DNA of 27,673 bases from a virus. Taxonomy: Duplodnaviria; Caudoviricetes. The translations under genes were made by a program, and so were the position numbers. The number at the start of each line of letters is the position of its first letter. The stretch's first letter is position 1. The notes beneath the pieces were generated by a model that was given only the letters and a program-made list of their open reading frames with translations, did no database searches and was not told the DNA's origin. This document shows positions 17,675 through 25,914 of the stretch, piece after piece. The stretch spans positions 1 through 27,673 of IMG/VR virus record IMGVR_UViG_3300042924_002342; one strand, given 5' to 3'.

Positions 17675-17774
17675 TATTATATTCTATTTTTAAAGAGATA
17701 ATTGTAGTGTTATTTGATTGTTTTAAAGTATTCTAGACATTCAGCTATATTTTGCTGGCTAATGTATTTAGACG

Positions 17775-18167
17775 TTATTCTCTTGTTTTAATTTCCCAAT
17801 TTATAATAGATTCATTCCAAGAATAATATTGATTATTTTCTAATTCTGTTGTTGGAATAGTAACTGGTGCTACCCAAAGACAAGTTTGTTCATTTAATAT
17901 CCATGAATTAAAAGGTTTAGGTGGAATGAAAGCATCACTAGAAGAATCGTAATCAAACCCAATTCCAGCAAAATTTTTACGTAACGATTTAGATTGATCC
18001 AATGATGGTTCTTTTGTAATTGGATCATAATGAACACCACCAAAAGTGTTGTAAGAAGTTTGTAACCATTGACCATCTGTTGAATCAATAAATGTTTCAA
18101 AAAATTCTGGTTCAGCAACAATTACTTTAATTACTTTGTTATCTTTAACTTTTGCAAAATGTGCCAT
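17775..18167 (-). CDS. Partner of Gly-rich adhesin, copy 3 (MAHFA...QTSYNT family)
   Basis: MAHFA, WLQTSYNT.GG, RKNFAGIG..YD...DAFIPPKPFNSWILNE.TC.W.AP; paralog of the 19118 and 21159 genes. Confidence 0.8.
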   Translation of the reverse strand: MAHFAKVKDNKVIKVIVAEPEFFETFIDSTDGQWLQTSYNTFGGVHYDPITKEPSLDQSKSLRKNFAGIGFDYDSSSDAFIPPKPFNSWILNEQTCLWVAPVTIPTTELENNQYYSWNESIINWEIKTRE

Positions 18168-18180
18168 TTTATATTTTCCT

Positions 18181-19125
18181 TTAACCTATATATGTTCCTG
18201 AAGAAGTAAAGGTATGATATGTAATACCACCTGAACTTGATATAGTACCACCACTTCCTCGTTGAGCACCTGCATAACTAATAATTACAACACCTGAACC
18301 ACCGTTTCCGCCTGAATGAATACTTGAAGGATTAAAGCCACCTCCACCACCACCACCACCGGTATTTGAGGAACCATTTGATCCATTTGCCGCAGAACCA
18401 CCTGCACCACCACCACCAACACCACCACTACCTCCGGGTTGATCTGCTCCGCAAGAGTATGCTGTGTAATTTGTATTTCCTCCACCTCCACCGCCGGCAT
18501 AAGTTGAACCATTTGTCCATGTAGTACCAGCACCACCAACACCTGCAATTTGACCGCTTGCGTTTCCACCAACTGCATTTGCTCCACCACCACCTCCACC
18601 TGTACGAATACAAGATGCAGGAGATACTCCAGAAGTACCACCGGTGTTACCTTGCCCGCTTGTTCCCGAACCGCCGCTTGCAACCCCTGTACCATCACCG
18701 CCTGTACCACCACCACCGCCACCAGAACCTCCGGTTGCACCTACCCTATTAGCTGCGGTATTAGTACTTAAACCGCCTCCACCACCGCCACCGGTTGAAG
18801 TAGTGCTGTCAAAAACTGAATTATTACCGTTACTGCCATTGCCTGTACCACCTGAACCGCCAGCTCCAACTGTTACTGTATAACTTGTACCGGGATTAAC
18901 GGATTGTGAAGATGCCCTATAACCACCACCACCTCCACCTCCGCCGGCATTACCACCACCTGATCCACCACCAGCTACAATTAAAAAATCTACTGAATAA
19001 GGTTGGCCTGGCCAGATATTATTTTTTTTGGCATTAAATTGATCTTGTAATCTCCATACTCCTGTTGCTATAGAAGCTGTTGGAGTATTTACTTTACCAA
19101 TTATACCACCATTACGTTTAGCCAT
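18181..19125 (-). CDS. Glycine-rich tail fibre/adhesin protein, copy 3
   Basis: FLIVAGGG.GG...GGGGGG.Y, NTGGGGGG, G.GGSGVVIISY and HTFTSSGT; polyglycine-rich domain. Confidence 0.8.
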   Translation of the reverse strand: MAKRNGGIIGKVNTPTASIATGVWRLQDQFNAKKNNIWPGQPYSVDFLIVAGGGSGGGNAGGGGGGGGYRASSQSVNPGTSYTVTVGAGGSGGTGNGSNGNNSVFDSTTSTGGGGGGGLSTNTAANRVGATGGSGGGGGGTGGDGTGVASGGSGTSGQGNTGGTSGVSPASCIRTGGGGGGANAVGGNASGQIAGVGGAGTTWTNGSTYAGGGGGGNTNYTAYSCGADQPGGSGGVGGGGAGGSAANGSNGSSNTGGGGGGGGFNPSSIHSGGNGGSGVVIISYAGAQRGSGGTISSSGGITYHTFTSSGTYIG

Positions 19126-19516
19126 TAAATAACTCCCAATTTAAAATTTCTTCATTCCATTTATAAATATTACCATCATTAGGTTTATCAATAGGAGCAT
19201 ACCAAATACAAGTAGTTTCGTTTAATATCCAAGAGTTAAAAGGTTTAGGTGGTATAAAAGCATTTCTTGTTTCATCATAAGTATATCCAATATTAGCATG
19301 GTTTTTTCTAAATGGTTTTCCACCTAATTGATGAACTCCACCATGAGTGTTGTAAGATGTTTGTTTCCAAATAGCATTTGGTTCATTATATAATATTTTT
19401 AAAAAATTAATTCCTAATTGTTCTTGTTCTATTCCATTTGAATCTTTTAATACTTCATTAACAACAGATTCAACTGTTATTACAATATTATTTTCTATTT
19501 TTGCAAAACTAGCCAT
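19118..19516 (-). CDS. Partner of Gly-rich adhesin, copy 2
   Basis: MASFA, WKQTSYNT.GG, RKNHA.IGYTYD and AFIPPKPFNSWILNE.TC.W.AP. Confidence 0.8.
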   Translation of the reverse strand: MASFAKIENNIVITVESVVNEVLKDSNGIEQEQLGINFLKILYNEPNAIWKQTSYNTHGGVHQLGGKPFRKNHANIGYTYDETRNAFIPPKPFNSWILNETTCIWYAPIDKPNDGNIYKWNEEILNWELFNG

Positions 19517-20457
19517 TATGTTGTGTAACTCCCTGTACCATTAAATGTTAAAATTGTTTTTCCTGAAACACCTGTAGCAACAGTTGGAGAACCAGTAATA
19601 ACCCCTGTATAATTTGCATCAGGCATACTTAATATAACAACTCCTTTTCCTCCTGAACCAGCACCTGCTGTACCTCCACCACCTCCTCCTCCAGTATTAG
19701 CTGTTCCATTAACACCAGAACCTCCTGAACCGCTTCCGCCTGCTCCACCTCCTCCATTACCTCCTGCTCCTCCAGTAGTACCATTAGCTCCTCCTCCACC
19801 TGCTCTTGTTATTGATGAACCTGTTATTGAAGATGCTGTTCCTGCTCCTCCTGCACCACCAGTAGAACCACCTGAATTACTACCTATTGCACCTGCACCT
19901 CCACCTCCTCCTCCACAATTAAGAACACCTGAGCTTCCACCATTATTACCTTGTGATGGAGATGTGCTAGGAGTATTTCCTGCCGCACCTGATAAACCAT
20001 TAGTAGAACCACCACCACTTCCACCAGCAACTGCTGCAAGCTGAGAAGTGGCATTATGTCCACCTCCACCACCACCCCCAGCAGAAGTTATTGTTGTTAA
20101 ACCTGTTCCTGATATTGAAGAATTTGAACCAGAAAAACCGACACCATTTGGGTTAACACCACCTCCAGCACCACCATCACCTACTGTTACTGTAATTGTT
20201 ACTTCACTATTTGCTGTTTGAGTTGAAGTTCTATATCCTCCAGCACCTCCACCACCTGCACCCCTACCATTAAAATTATCTTTTCCACCTCCAGCACCTC
20301 CAGCTATAACTAAAAAATCTATTGAATAAGGTGGTCGTGAGGGCCAAATATTTGAAACTCTTGCGTTGAATTGATCTTCAAGAGCCCAGACTCCTGATGC
20401 GACTGTTGTTGTTGGGGTGTTGACTACTCCGATTATTCCACCGTTCTCTTTTGCCAT
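19516..20457 (-). CDS. Glycine-rich tail fibre/adhesin protein, copy 2
   Basis: Same N-terminus as the 18181 protein (MAK.NGGIIG.VNTPT...A.GVW.L.DQFNA...NIWP) followed by the Gly-rich domain. Confidence 0.8.
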   Translation of the reverse strand: MAKENGGIIGVVNTPTTTVASGVWALEDQFNARVSNIWPSRPPYSIDFLVIAGGAGGGKDNFNGRGAGGGGAGGYRTSTQTANSEVTITVTVGDGGAGGGVNPNGVGFSGSNSSISGTGLTTITSAGGGGGGGHNATSQLAAVAGGSGGGSTNGLSGAAGNTPSTSPSQGNNGGSSGVLNCGGGGGGAGAIGSNSGGSTGGAGGAGTASSITGSSITRAGGGGANGTTGGAGGNGGGGAGGSGSGGSGVNGTANTGGGGGGGTAGAGSGGKGVVILSMPDANYTGVITGSPTVATGVSGKTILTFNGTGSYTT

Positions 20458-20473
20458 AGCAAAAATCTCCCGG

Positions 20474-20848
20474 TTAATTTATTTCTTCGTATGAAATAAC
20501 AATTTCTAGATCGCCAGCTGCACTTGCACCACCTAGGATAGATTTATCTTCTTCTAAGTAAAAAGAATTTGTTTTATCTACTACAGATAAAGTTGCATCT
20601 GCTGGTACAGTAATTGTAGAAGCTAAAGCATAAGATGTTCCACTACCTGCTGCTGCAGTATTAATGTCTATTGTTACATCTGCAGCATTAGTTCCATCTA
20701 CGTTTGAAACCATGATTGAATTAATTTTAAAAACTTTTCCTGAAGCTGCTGAATTTGCAAGCAAAACTGTTGTAAGACTCGTTGTAAGAGCCGCATAGGT
20801 TGTCTTACCTATTATCGTAGTTACGTTTACTATATTTGGATTTGCCAT
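20474..20848 (-). CDS. Small beta-rich tail protein (hub-type paralog 2)
   Basis: MANPNIVNV, KINSIMVSNVDG, TITVPADATL and YLEEDKSI...ISYEEI. Confidence 0.75.
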   Translation of the reverse strand: MANPNIVNVTTIIGKTTYAALTTSLTTVLLANSAASGKVFKINSIMVSNVDGTNAADVTIDINTAAAGSGTSYALASTITVPADATLSVVDKTNSFYLEEDKSILGGASAAGDLEIVISYEEIN

Positions 20849-20869
20849 AATTTAATCTCCTGTTATATA

Positions 20870-21166
20870 TTATGCGAAAACAATTGAAATTGCAATTGAT
20901 TTCCCTATTGTTGTGGCTGTACCAGAGCCAATTGTTAAAGTAGCACCACTAGGAATAGCAATAGTATCCCCACTATCTCCTAATGTAAGTGTAGTTCCAG
21001 ATGCTGGTTCTATTGTATTTACTTCTATAGTAGTAGGTAATGTTAATGTTGCTCCGCTGGCATTTATGGTAGCTCCACTAGCAATAGTAATAGTATCGCC
21101 ACTATCGCCTAGCGTTACGTCGGTGCCGGATCGCGGGGTTATCTTATTTACTTTTAGTTCACTCAT
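20870..21166 (-). CDS. Short tail-fibre adaptor with duplicated anchor motif
   Basis: Two copies of (L/I).VN.I.P.SGT..TLGDSGDTI.I.SGAT and a C-terminal GKSIAISIVFA. Confidence 0.7.
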   Translation of the reverse strand: MSELKVNKITPRSGTDVTLGDSGDTITIASGATINASGATLTLPTTIEVNTIEPASGTTLTLGDSGDTIAIPSGATLTIGSGTATTIGKSIAISIVFA

Positions 21167-21566
21167 TATTTTTTAATTCCCAATTTATAATTTGCTCGTT
21201 CCAAGTATAATAATTCTTATTATCTATTTGTTCTTGTGTCAATTCTGGCATAGCAACTGGTGCATTCCATAGACAAGTATCTTCATTTAATATCCAAGAG
21301 TTAAATGGTTTAGGTGCAATAAAAGCATCTCTTTGCTGGTCGTATTGAAATCCTATTCCTGCATAGTTTTTTCTTAGAGGTGTTCCACCGAATTGATGTG
21401 TACCACCATAAGTATTATATGATGTTTGAACTACTGGTAAATGTTGATTATTAAAAAGATGTCTTAAAAAATTTATTCCTGCCTGTTCCGTTATTGCATC
21501 ATTATTAGATACTACAACTACTTGTTCTACTATATTTCCTGATTTTAAAATTGCAAAATGTGCCAT
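21159..21566 (-). CDS. Partner of Gly-rich adhesin, copy 1
   Basis: MAHFA, QTSYNT.GG, RKNYAGIG and DAFIAPKPFNSWILNE.TC.W.AP. Confidence 0.8.
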   Translation of the reverse strand: MAHFAILKSGNIVEQVVVVSNNDAITEQAGINFLRHLFNNQHLPVVQTSYNTYGGTHQFGGTPLRKNYAGIGFQYDQQRDAFIAPKPFNSWILNEDTCLWNAPVAMPELTQEQIDNKNYYTWNEQIINWELKNNE

Positions 21567-21567
21567 A

Positions 21568-22842
21568 TTAACCTGTGTAACTTCCTGATGTTGTAAATGT
21601 TAAAACTGTATTTGCTCCTGATGTTGTAATTGTTGGTCCACCAGTTACTACTCCTGAGTAACTTCCTGTTGGAACTGAAAGTATTACAATTCCTGAACCT
21701 CCATTACCACCATTTAAATCTGGGTTAGCCCCACCTCCACCACCACTACCTGTATTTGCAGTTGCACTTGTAGCTGCTGTACTACCACCTCCACCATTTC
21801 CTCCACCTGCTGATCCTGATGAAGTATTTGTTCCGCTACCTCCTCCACCACCACCTGCATAAGTTACTGAAGAACCAGTTATTGAAGATGCTGTTCCAGC
21901 ACCTCCAGCACCACCAGTACTACTACTAGGTGCAGTTATACCATTAGAACCAACAGCACCTGAACCTCCTCCTCCACCTCCTGCTGTTCTTGTTTCAACA
22001 CTAGTTCCGGGTCCCGCACCATCTCCACCAGCATTACCTTGTCCAGATGTTCCTGATCCTCCAGTTGGATTAGATGCCGCACCATATCTACCTCCTCCTC
22101 CTCCTCCTGAACCTCCTGATATTCCGTTATTATCAAAACCTATACCTCTACCACCACCAATAGCTGTTGTTAAACCTGTAAAAGATGAATTTGAACCATT
22201 AGTATTTCTTAATCCACCTGCACCTACTACAATTGTATAAAGTGTTTCTGATACAAGAGTTGTAGTACCAGCAATTAAACCACCTGCCCCACCTCCTCCT
22301 GCCATATTATCACCTCCACCACCACCTCCAGCTATTATTAAATAAGAAGCTGTGTAAGGTGTTGGTGCTAAAGAAACTATACCTTCATTAACACCAGAAG
22401 TAGCAACCCAGCCTTGTGTAGAATCTATATAAGTTATAATTACACCTTCTCTGTTTTTGTTTAAAATTTTATTATCTGTTCCACCATTAATTTTATTTCC
22501 ATTAGCACCTAATGTAATATTGTTTGTTGCAAAAGTTCCTGCATAATCAACTATTGCTAATTGATCTCCAACTGAAGCTGAAGCTGGAAGAGTTACTGTA
22601 AAAGCTGCAGATGTAGTATTGCAAGGATATAAATTTCCTTTAACTGCCGTGAATCCTGTTGTTTGAACTGATTGTGTAGTAAGACCGAATCCCGTCGCCG
22701 TTCCGCTATTAACTAATGTCGCACCTGCAGGAATACTGATCGTGTCTCCCGAAGCGCCTATTGTGATCGTATTAGCATTTTCATTGATAATGTTATTGCC
22801 GTTTTGATCTTGGATCGTGTCTACTTTTAAAATACTGCTCAT
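21568..22842 (-). CDS. Glycine-rich tail fibre/adhesin protein, copy 1 (anchor + TLPAS.SVGD domain + Gly-rich domain)
   Basis: MSSILKVDTI...GASGDTISIP anchor, a middle domain shared with the 16409 protein, and a Gly-rich C-terminal domain. Confidence 0.8.
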   Translation of the reverse strand: MSSILKVDTIQDQNGNNIINENANTITIGASGDTISIPAGATLVNSGTATGFGLTTQSVQTTGFTAVKGNLYPCNTTSAAFTVTLPASASVGDQLAIVDYAGTFATNNITLGANGNKINGGTDNKILNKNREGVIITYIDSTQGWVATSGVNEGIVSLAPTPYTASYLIIAGGGGGGDNMAGGGGAGGLIAGTTTLVSETLYTIVVGAGGLRNTNGSNSSFTGLTTAIGGGRGIGFDNNGISGGSGGGGGGRYGAASNPTGGSGTSGQGNAGGDGAGPGTSVETRTAGGGGGGSGAVGSNGITAPSSSTGGAGGAGTASSITGSSVTYAGGGGGGSGTNTSSGSAGGGNGGGGSTAATSATANTGSGGGGGANPDLNGGNGGSGIVILSVPTGSYSGVVTGGPTITTSGANTVLTFTTSGSYTG

Positions 22843-22848
22843 AATTTA

Positions 22849-23148
22849 TTATTTTGGATATTTCTGTTTAACTGCGTTAATTGCTTCTTCCCAATTATTA
22901 GTATTATTAATTTTATCCCAATATTGTAAATCTAATTGTTCTTGAATAGATGGATATGCTTTAGCTCTATCTCTTTGGTATTTTTTAGAATTATATTCTG
23001 CAATTAGTTCTTGTTGCTTAGCAAGTATTTCATTTGCAGGAATTGGTGTAGTTCCATTGTGCCAAACTATTGTATTAATATCATCTCCACTTACACTAAC
23101 TTGTGCTGTTGGATTGATTGCTAAAATTGAATTAACTATTGTTGTCAT
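22849..23148 (-). CDS. Putative tail-fibre assembly chaperone
   Basis: YQRDRA.AYPSI.EQLD..Y.D.....W...I.AVK.KYPK motif; lies directly after a fibre gene. Confidence 0.65.
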   Translation of the reverse strand: MTTIVNSILAINPTAQVSVSGDDINTIVWHNGTTPIPANEILAKQQELIAEYNSKKYQRDRAKAYPSIQEQLDLQYWDKINNTNNWEEAINAVKQKYPK

Positions 23149-23149
23149 A

Positions 23150-23833
23150 TTAACCTGCTATTTCCATTAAAATAAAACTGCCTCTACTATTACCAAAAGA
23201 AGTTATTAAACTTGGTCCCGCATTAGCTGCTCCAGCAGGTGTATAAGTAATTGCAGAAGTTGTATTTGGAGAATCTAAATGTACTATTGAAAATGATGTA
23301 AGAACACCATCACCTGATGAATCAAGATTACCAAATCCCCAGTTAGAATCTCCAAGATTTGTTCCTGTTGCTATAGAACCTCTATATATAGTAAATCTAC
23401 AACCATTAGAACCATTGGTATTTTGAGCTCCTGTTGAAAATAACATTAAAATTTTATTAGAAGCAGAAGAAGGAGTTATTGTAGCTGCTAAATTTAAAGT
23501 AACAAAACTAGATGATGTAGTTGTAAGTGAAGATGCTGAAGTTGTTTGAACAACTTGCAACACCGCACCCGCTCCTAATTTAGTTGTAGCAATAGCTGCT
23601 GTAGTACTAATATCTGCATTAACAATTGAAGTAGCTAAATTTAATTTAGAATATGCTATTGCAGCAGAAGCATTTACTTTTGCATTTGTTACGGTACCAT
23701 TAGGTAAAGTTAAAGTTCCACTAGAAGCATCTAAGGTTGCACCACTTGGTACAGTAATTGTATCTCCCGATTCGCCGAGAGTGAGTGTAGTTCCAGATTG
23801 TGGTAGGACTTTATTAACTTCTAATTGACTCAT
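23150..23833 (-). CDS. Tail fibre protein with beta-sandwich tip
   Basis: Anchor MSQLEVNKV.PQSGTTLTLGESGDT, stalk repeats (V/I).NA.(V/I)...AAIA.(S/T)KL, and tip GAVLQVVQ...ITPSSASNKIL...DSPNTTSAITY...LMEIAG. Confidence 0.75.
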   Translation of the reverse strand: MSQLEVNKVLPQSGTTLTLGESGDTITVPSGATLDASSGTLTLPNGTVTNAKVNASAAIAYSKLNLATSIVNADISTTAAIATTKLGAGAVLQVVQTTSASSLTTTSSSFVTLNLAATITPSSASNKILMLFSTGAQNTNGSNGCRFTIYRGSIATGTNLGDSNWGFGNLDSSGDGVLTSFSIVHLDSPNTTSAITYTPAGAANAGPSLITSFGNSRGSFILMEIAG

Positions 23834-24006
23834 TATAATATTACCAACGTTCCTGTTACTGTAAATGCATTTACAATTGTTACTGGTCCTGCAAGAACTG
23901 CAGATTCAATAACCACGTTTTGATTTTCTAAAACTTGAGCATGAGTATAGATATCCTGTGCTCCCGGTTTATTACCGATATAAGTTGTAGTATATAAACT
24001 ATCCAT
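23833..24006 (-). CDS. Small tail adaptor (57 aa, MDSLYTTTYIGNKPGAQDIYTHAQVLENQNVVIESAVLAGPVTIVNAFTVTGTLVIL)
   Basis: Hand-translated. The stop overlaps the next ATG (TAATG) and the ORF fills the gap. Not in the ORF track. Confidence 0.75.
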   Translation of the reverse strand: MDSLYTTTYIGNKPGAQDIYTHAQVLENQNVVIESAVLAGPVTIVNAFTVTGTLVIL

Positions 24007-24014
24007 ATTTTTAC

Positions 24015-24341
24015 CTATGCACTAATTGAATCTACCACGCTTACATAAACATCAGCAGAAGTTGCAGTATTTGATTGTACTCTAAGTAAATCAGTATTCT
24101 GCATCACAAATTTAGCACCACCTGTAACAAGTTCAACTGAACTTGATGGTGGAATGCTTAAATCTTTTGCAATGTATCTAACGGTACTTCCTGTTACAGA
24201 AACCCATACATCAACGGTGATTGCTGAAGATAATATGTTTGCGATCCTAATTCCAATAACTGCGTCATTTGAATTTGCTGTAAAAATAGTGCTAGCACTG
24301 TTAGTTGCTTGTGCGCTATATCTTACGAAATCTTGTGCCAT
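24015..24341 (-). CDS. Small beta-rich tail protein (hub-type paralog 1)
   Basis: VIGIRIAN, IAKDLSIP..SSVELV.GGAK.VMQ..D.L.V.S....S.DV.VS; SD AAGGAG. Confidence 0.75.
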   Translation of the reverse strand: MAQDFVRYSAQATNSASTIFTANSNDAVIGIRIANILSSAITVDVWVSVTGSTVRYIAKDLSIPPSSSVELVTGGAKFVMQNTDLLRVQSNTATSADVYVSVVDSISA

Positions 24342-24356
24342 ATGTTCTCCTTATTA

Positions 24357-24740
24357 TTATAATGCGATTGCCATGGCAACAGCAAATCCATTACTTGCTG
24401 CACCTACTGGCGCTCCGATTGAATCTAAATACACTGCTTTACTTGCTGGTAATGTACAAAATACATCTTTTGTACCACTTGTAAAAGTTACAATGCTATC
24501 AGAGTTAGAACTTGTTAAAATTGTTGTTCTAGTTAAAGTAGTTGCACCTGCATCAAGTGTTCCTAATCCAACTTCCCATTCATTAGTACCTTGATTAAAA
24601 ATAGCATAGTAAGTTGTATTATTGCCACCGATGCCTGCAGCAAAAGTATCAAAACCAGTTTGTGCTCCGGCCAAAGCAAATGGACCTGTACCAGTTGAGG
24701 TACTAGTTTCTTTTACTCTGTCGTTTATTACTAACGCCAT
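24357..24740 (-). CDS. Tail structural protein with C-terminal GFAVAMAIAL motif
   Basis: DRVKETS...GTG, WEVG.GT, L.RTTI..SSN and GTKDVFCTLPASKAV; SD AGGAG. Confidence 0.75.
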   Translation of the reverse strand: MALVINDRVKETSTSTGTGPFALAGAQTGFDTFAAGIGGNNTTYYAIFNQGTNEWEVGLGTLDAGATTLTRTTILTSSNSDSIVTFTSGTKDVFCTLPASKAVYLDSIGAPVGAASNGFAVAMAIAL

Positions 24741-24758
24741 TTATTTTTAATCTCCTAA

Positions 24759-25211
24759 TTAAGAAGTAATACTAATAATTGCATCAGAACCAGAAGGTGA
24801 ACCGCCTGTTGGGCTTGGGAATGTAACTGTAAAAGTTCCATTAGTGCACGTTTTGCTTCCGCCAAAATCTAGTACGACTACCAGTTTATTTGAACTACTT
24901 GAATTATATATTGCTCCAAATGCTGCAGTGAAAGTTGCAGGTGTTGGTGATCCCCATACAGAATCAGCAAAGTCAACTGTTGCAACGTTGTTCACGTTTG
25001 AAACTGCCTGACTTGTAAGTAAATTTCCACCAGCAGTATATTGACTACCACCTGCAGAACTTACTTCACTAGTAGAAGTATAAACTGTGCTTGCTGTTGT
25101 ATATGGATTAGCAGTATATAAAGACAAATAGAAATTATTACCACCTGATTGAAATTGATGTGCTCCAGATAGTAATTGTACTGGGAATGAATAAGGTACT
25201 ATGTTTGCCAT
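24759..25211 (-). CDS. Conserved virion (tail) structural protein
   Basis: F...LL.G.H.F, YTAGG..L, VDFAD..W, AIYN and VLDFGG.KT...GTFT..FP motifs. Confidence 0.7.
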   Translation of the reverse strand: MANIVPYSFPVQLLSGAHQFQSGGNNFYLSLYTANPYTTASTVYTSTSEVSSAGGSQYTAGGNLLTSQAVSNVNNVATVDFADSVWGSPTPATFTAAFGAIYNSSSSNKLVVVLDFGGSKTCTNGTFTVTFPSPTGGSPSGSDAIISITS

Positions 25212-25226
25212 TTATTTTTCTCCTTG

Positions 25227-25913
25227 TTATTTATAACTTGACGGTGATTTAGAAATTAATTGAGCACGAACTACACCATCTTTGTATTCGTCTCTGCGTC
25301 TTTCGCCGATTTGCTCGACTGCGTACGATTCAAGAGCTTTATCATATTCTTGAGAGTAGTATTGTAACATATCTACAGGACCTTTCAAGTATCCATATGC
25401 ATTAACTAAAGTAGCATATAGAAGTAGATCTTGGTATTTATTTGATAAATAAGTGCCATTAGTGCTATATGGACTGATAGTAATGCTTTCTGGTTCTTTA
25501 TTATAGGCTAAAGTAATAGAATAAGTCTTATCAGGCGTAGGTGCTACAACCCAAAAATTCTCATCCCAATTAGCATAATATTTAGGAATATCCACATTAG
25601 CTGTTCCTGGAGTAGAATAAAATTCAGCTATAAAACTAGTATCTCTTTGTTCTAAGTAATATTGATTACCATTAGAATCAGTTAATTGAACATATCTAAT
25701 AACTCTTAAATCATCTGGTATAGTTACATATCTATTTCCAATTACTAAACTAGAAGTAGCATAAAAAGCACTTTGATCTGTATCAATAGATCTATAAATT
25801 TTGTTTTCAGCATTAACAATAAATCCATTTAGAATTGAATCTGTAAATACATTACTATTTACTTCTGTATAATTTCTAATATCTGTTTGTAAATTTGCTA
25901 AAGTATATGACAT
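25227..25913 (-). CDS. Head-tail adaptor / tail tubular protein A-like
   Basis: L...I..YTE, FI..AE..I.R, PKYYA, APTPD..Y...L.Y and DLLLYA.L..AY.YLK; typical podovirus adaptor pattern. Confidence 0.65.
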   Translation of the reverse strand: MSYTLANLQTDIRNYTEVNSNVFTDSILNGFIVNAENKIYRSIDTDQSAFYATSSLVIGNRYVTIPDDLRVIRYVQLTDSNGNQYYLEQRDTSFIAEFYSTPGTANVDIPKYYANWDENFWVVAPTPDKTYSITLAYNKEPESITISPYSTNGTYLSNKYQDLLLYATLVNAYGYLKGPVDMLQYYSQEYDKALESYAVEQIGERRRDEYKDGVVRAQLISKSPSSYK

Positions 25914-25914
25914 A

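Noticed and set aside
17690-17774. Possible remnant of a 2OG-Fe(II) oxygenase gene (…NNTTIISL)
   Set aside because: Similarity is limited to a few residues and the frame has stops; not supportable without an alignment.
1526-21136. Scattered CGCGG/CCGCG words and short GC-rich patches (e.g. 1526, 3247, 9764, 10400-10510, 21132)
   Set aside because: About seven occurrences is close to rough chance expectation for this length and composition, and they share no flanking consensus.
22091-22108. (CCT)6 microsatellite as a phase-variation tract
   Set aside because: It is an in-frame polyglycine codon run; slippage would only change the Gly count.
17894-22136. Alternate-frame - strand ORFs 17894, 18285, 18428, 19884 and 21936 (Val/Glu/Trp-rich)
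   Set aside because: Frame-shifted readings of the real genes, mostly GGT/GGA runs that lack stop codons. No slippery site or SD supports real overprinting.
18181-22842. Diversity-generating retroelement, invertible shufflon or CRISPR array as explanation for the repeats
   Set aside because: No reverse transcriptase or recombinase, no adenine-specific TR/VR pair, no inverted crossover sites and no regularly spaced repeats were seen in the window.
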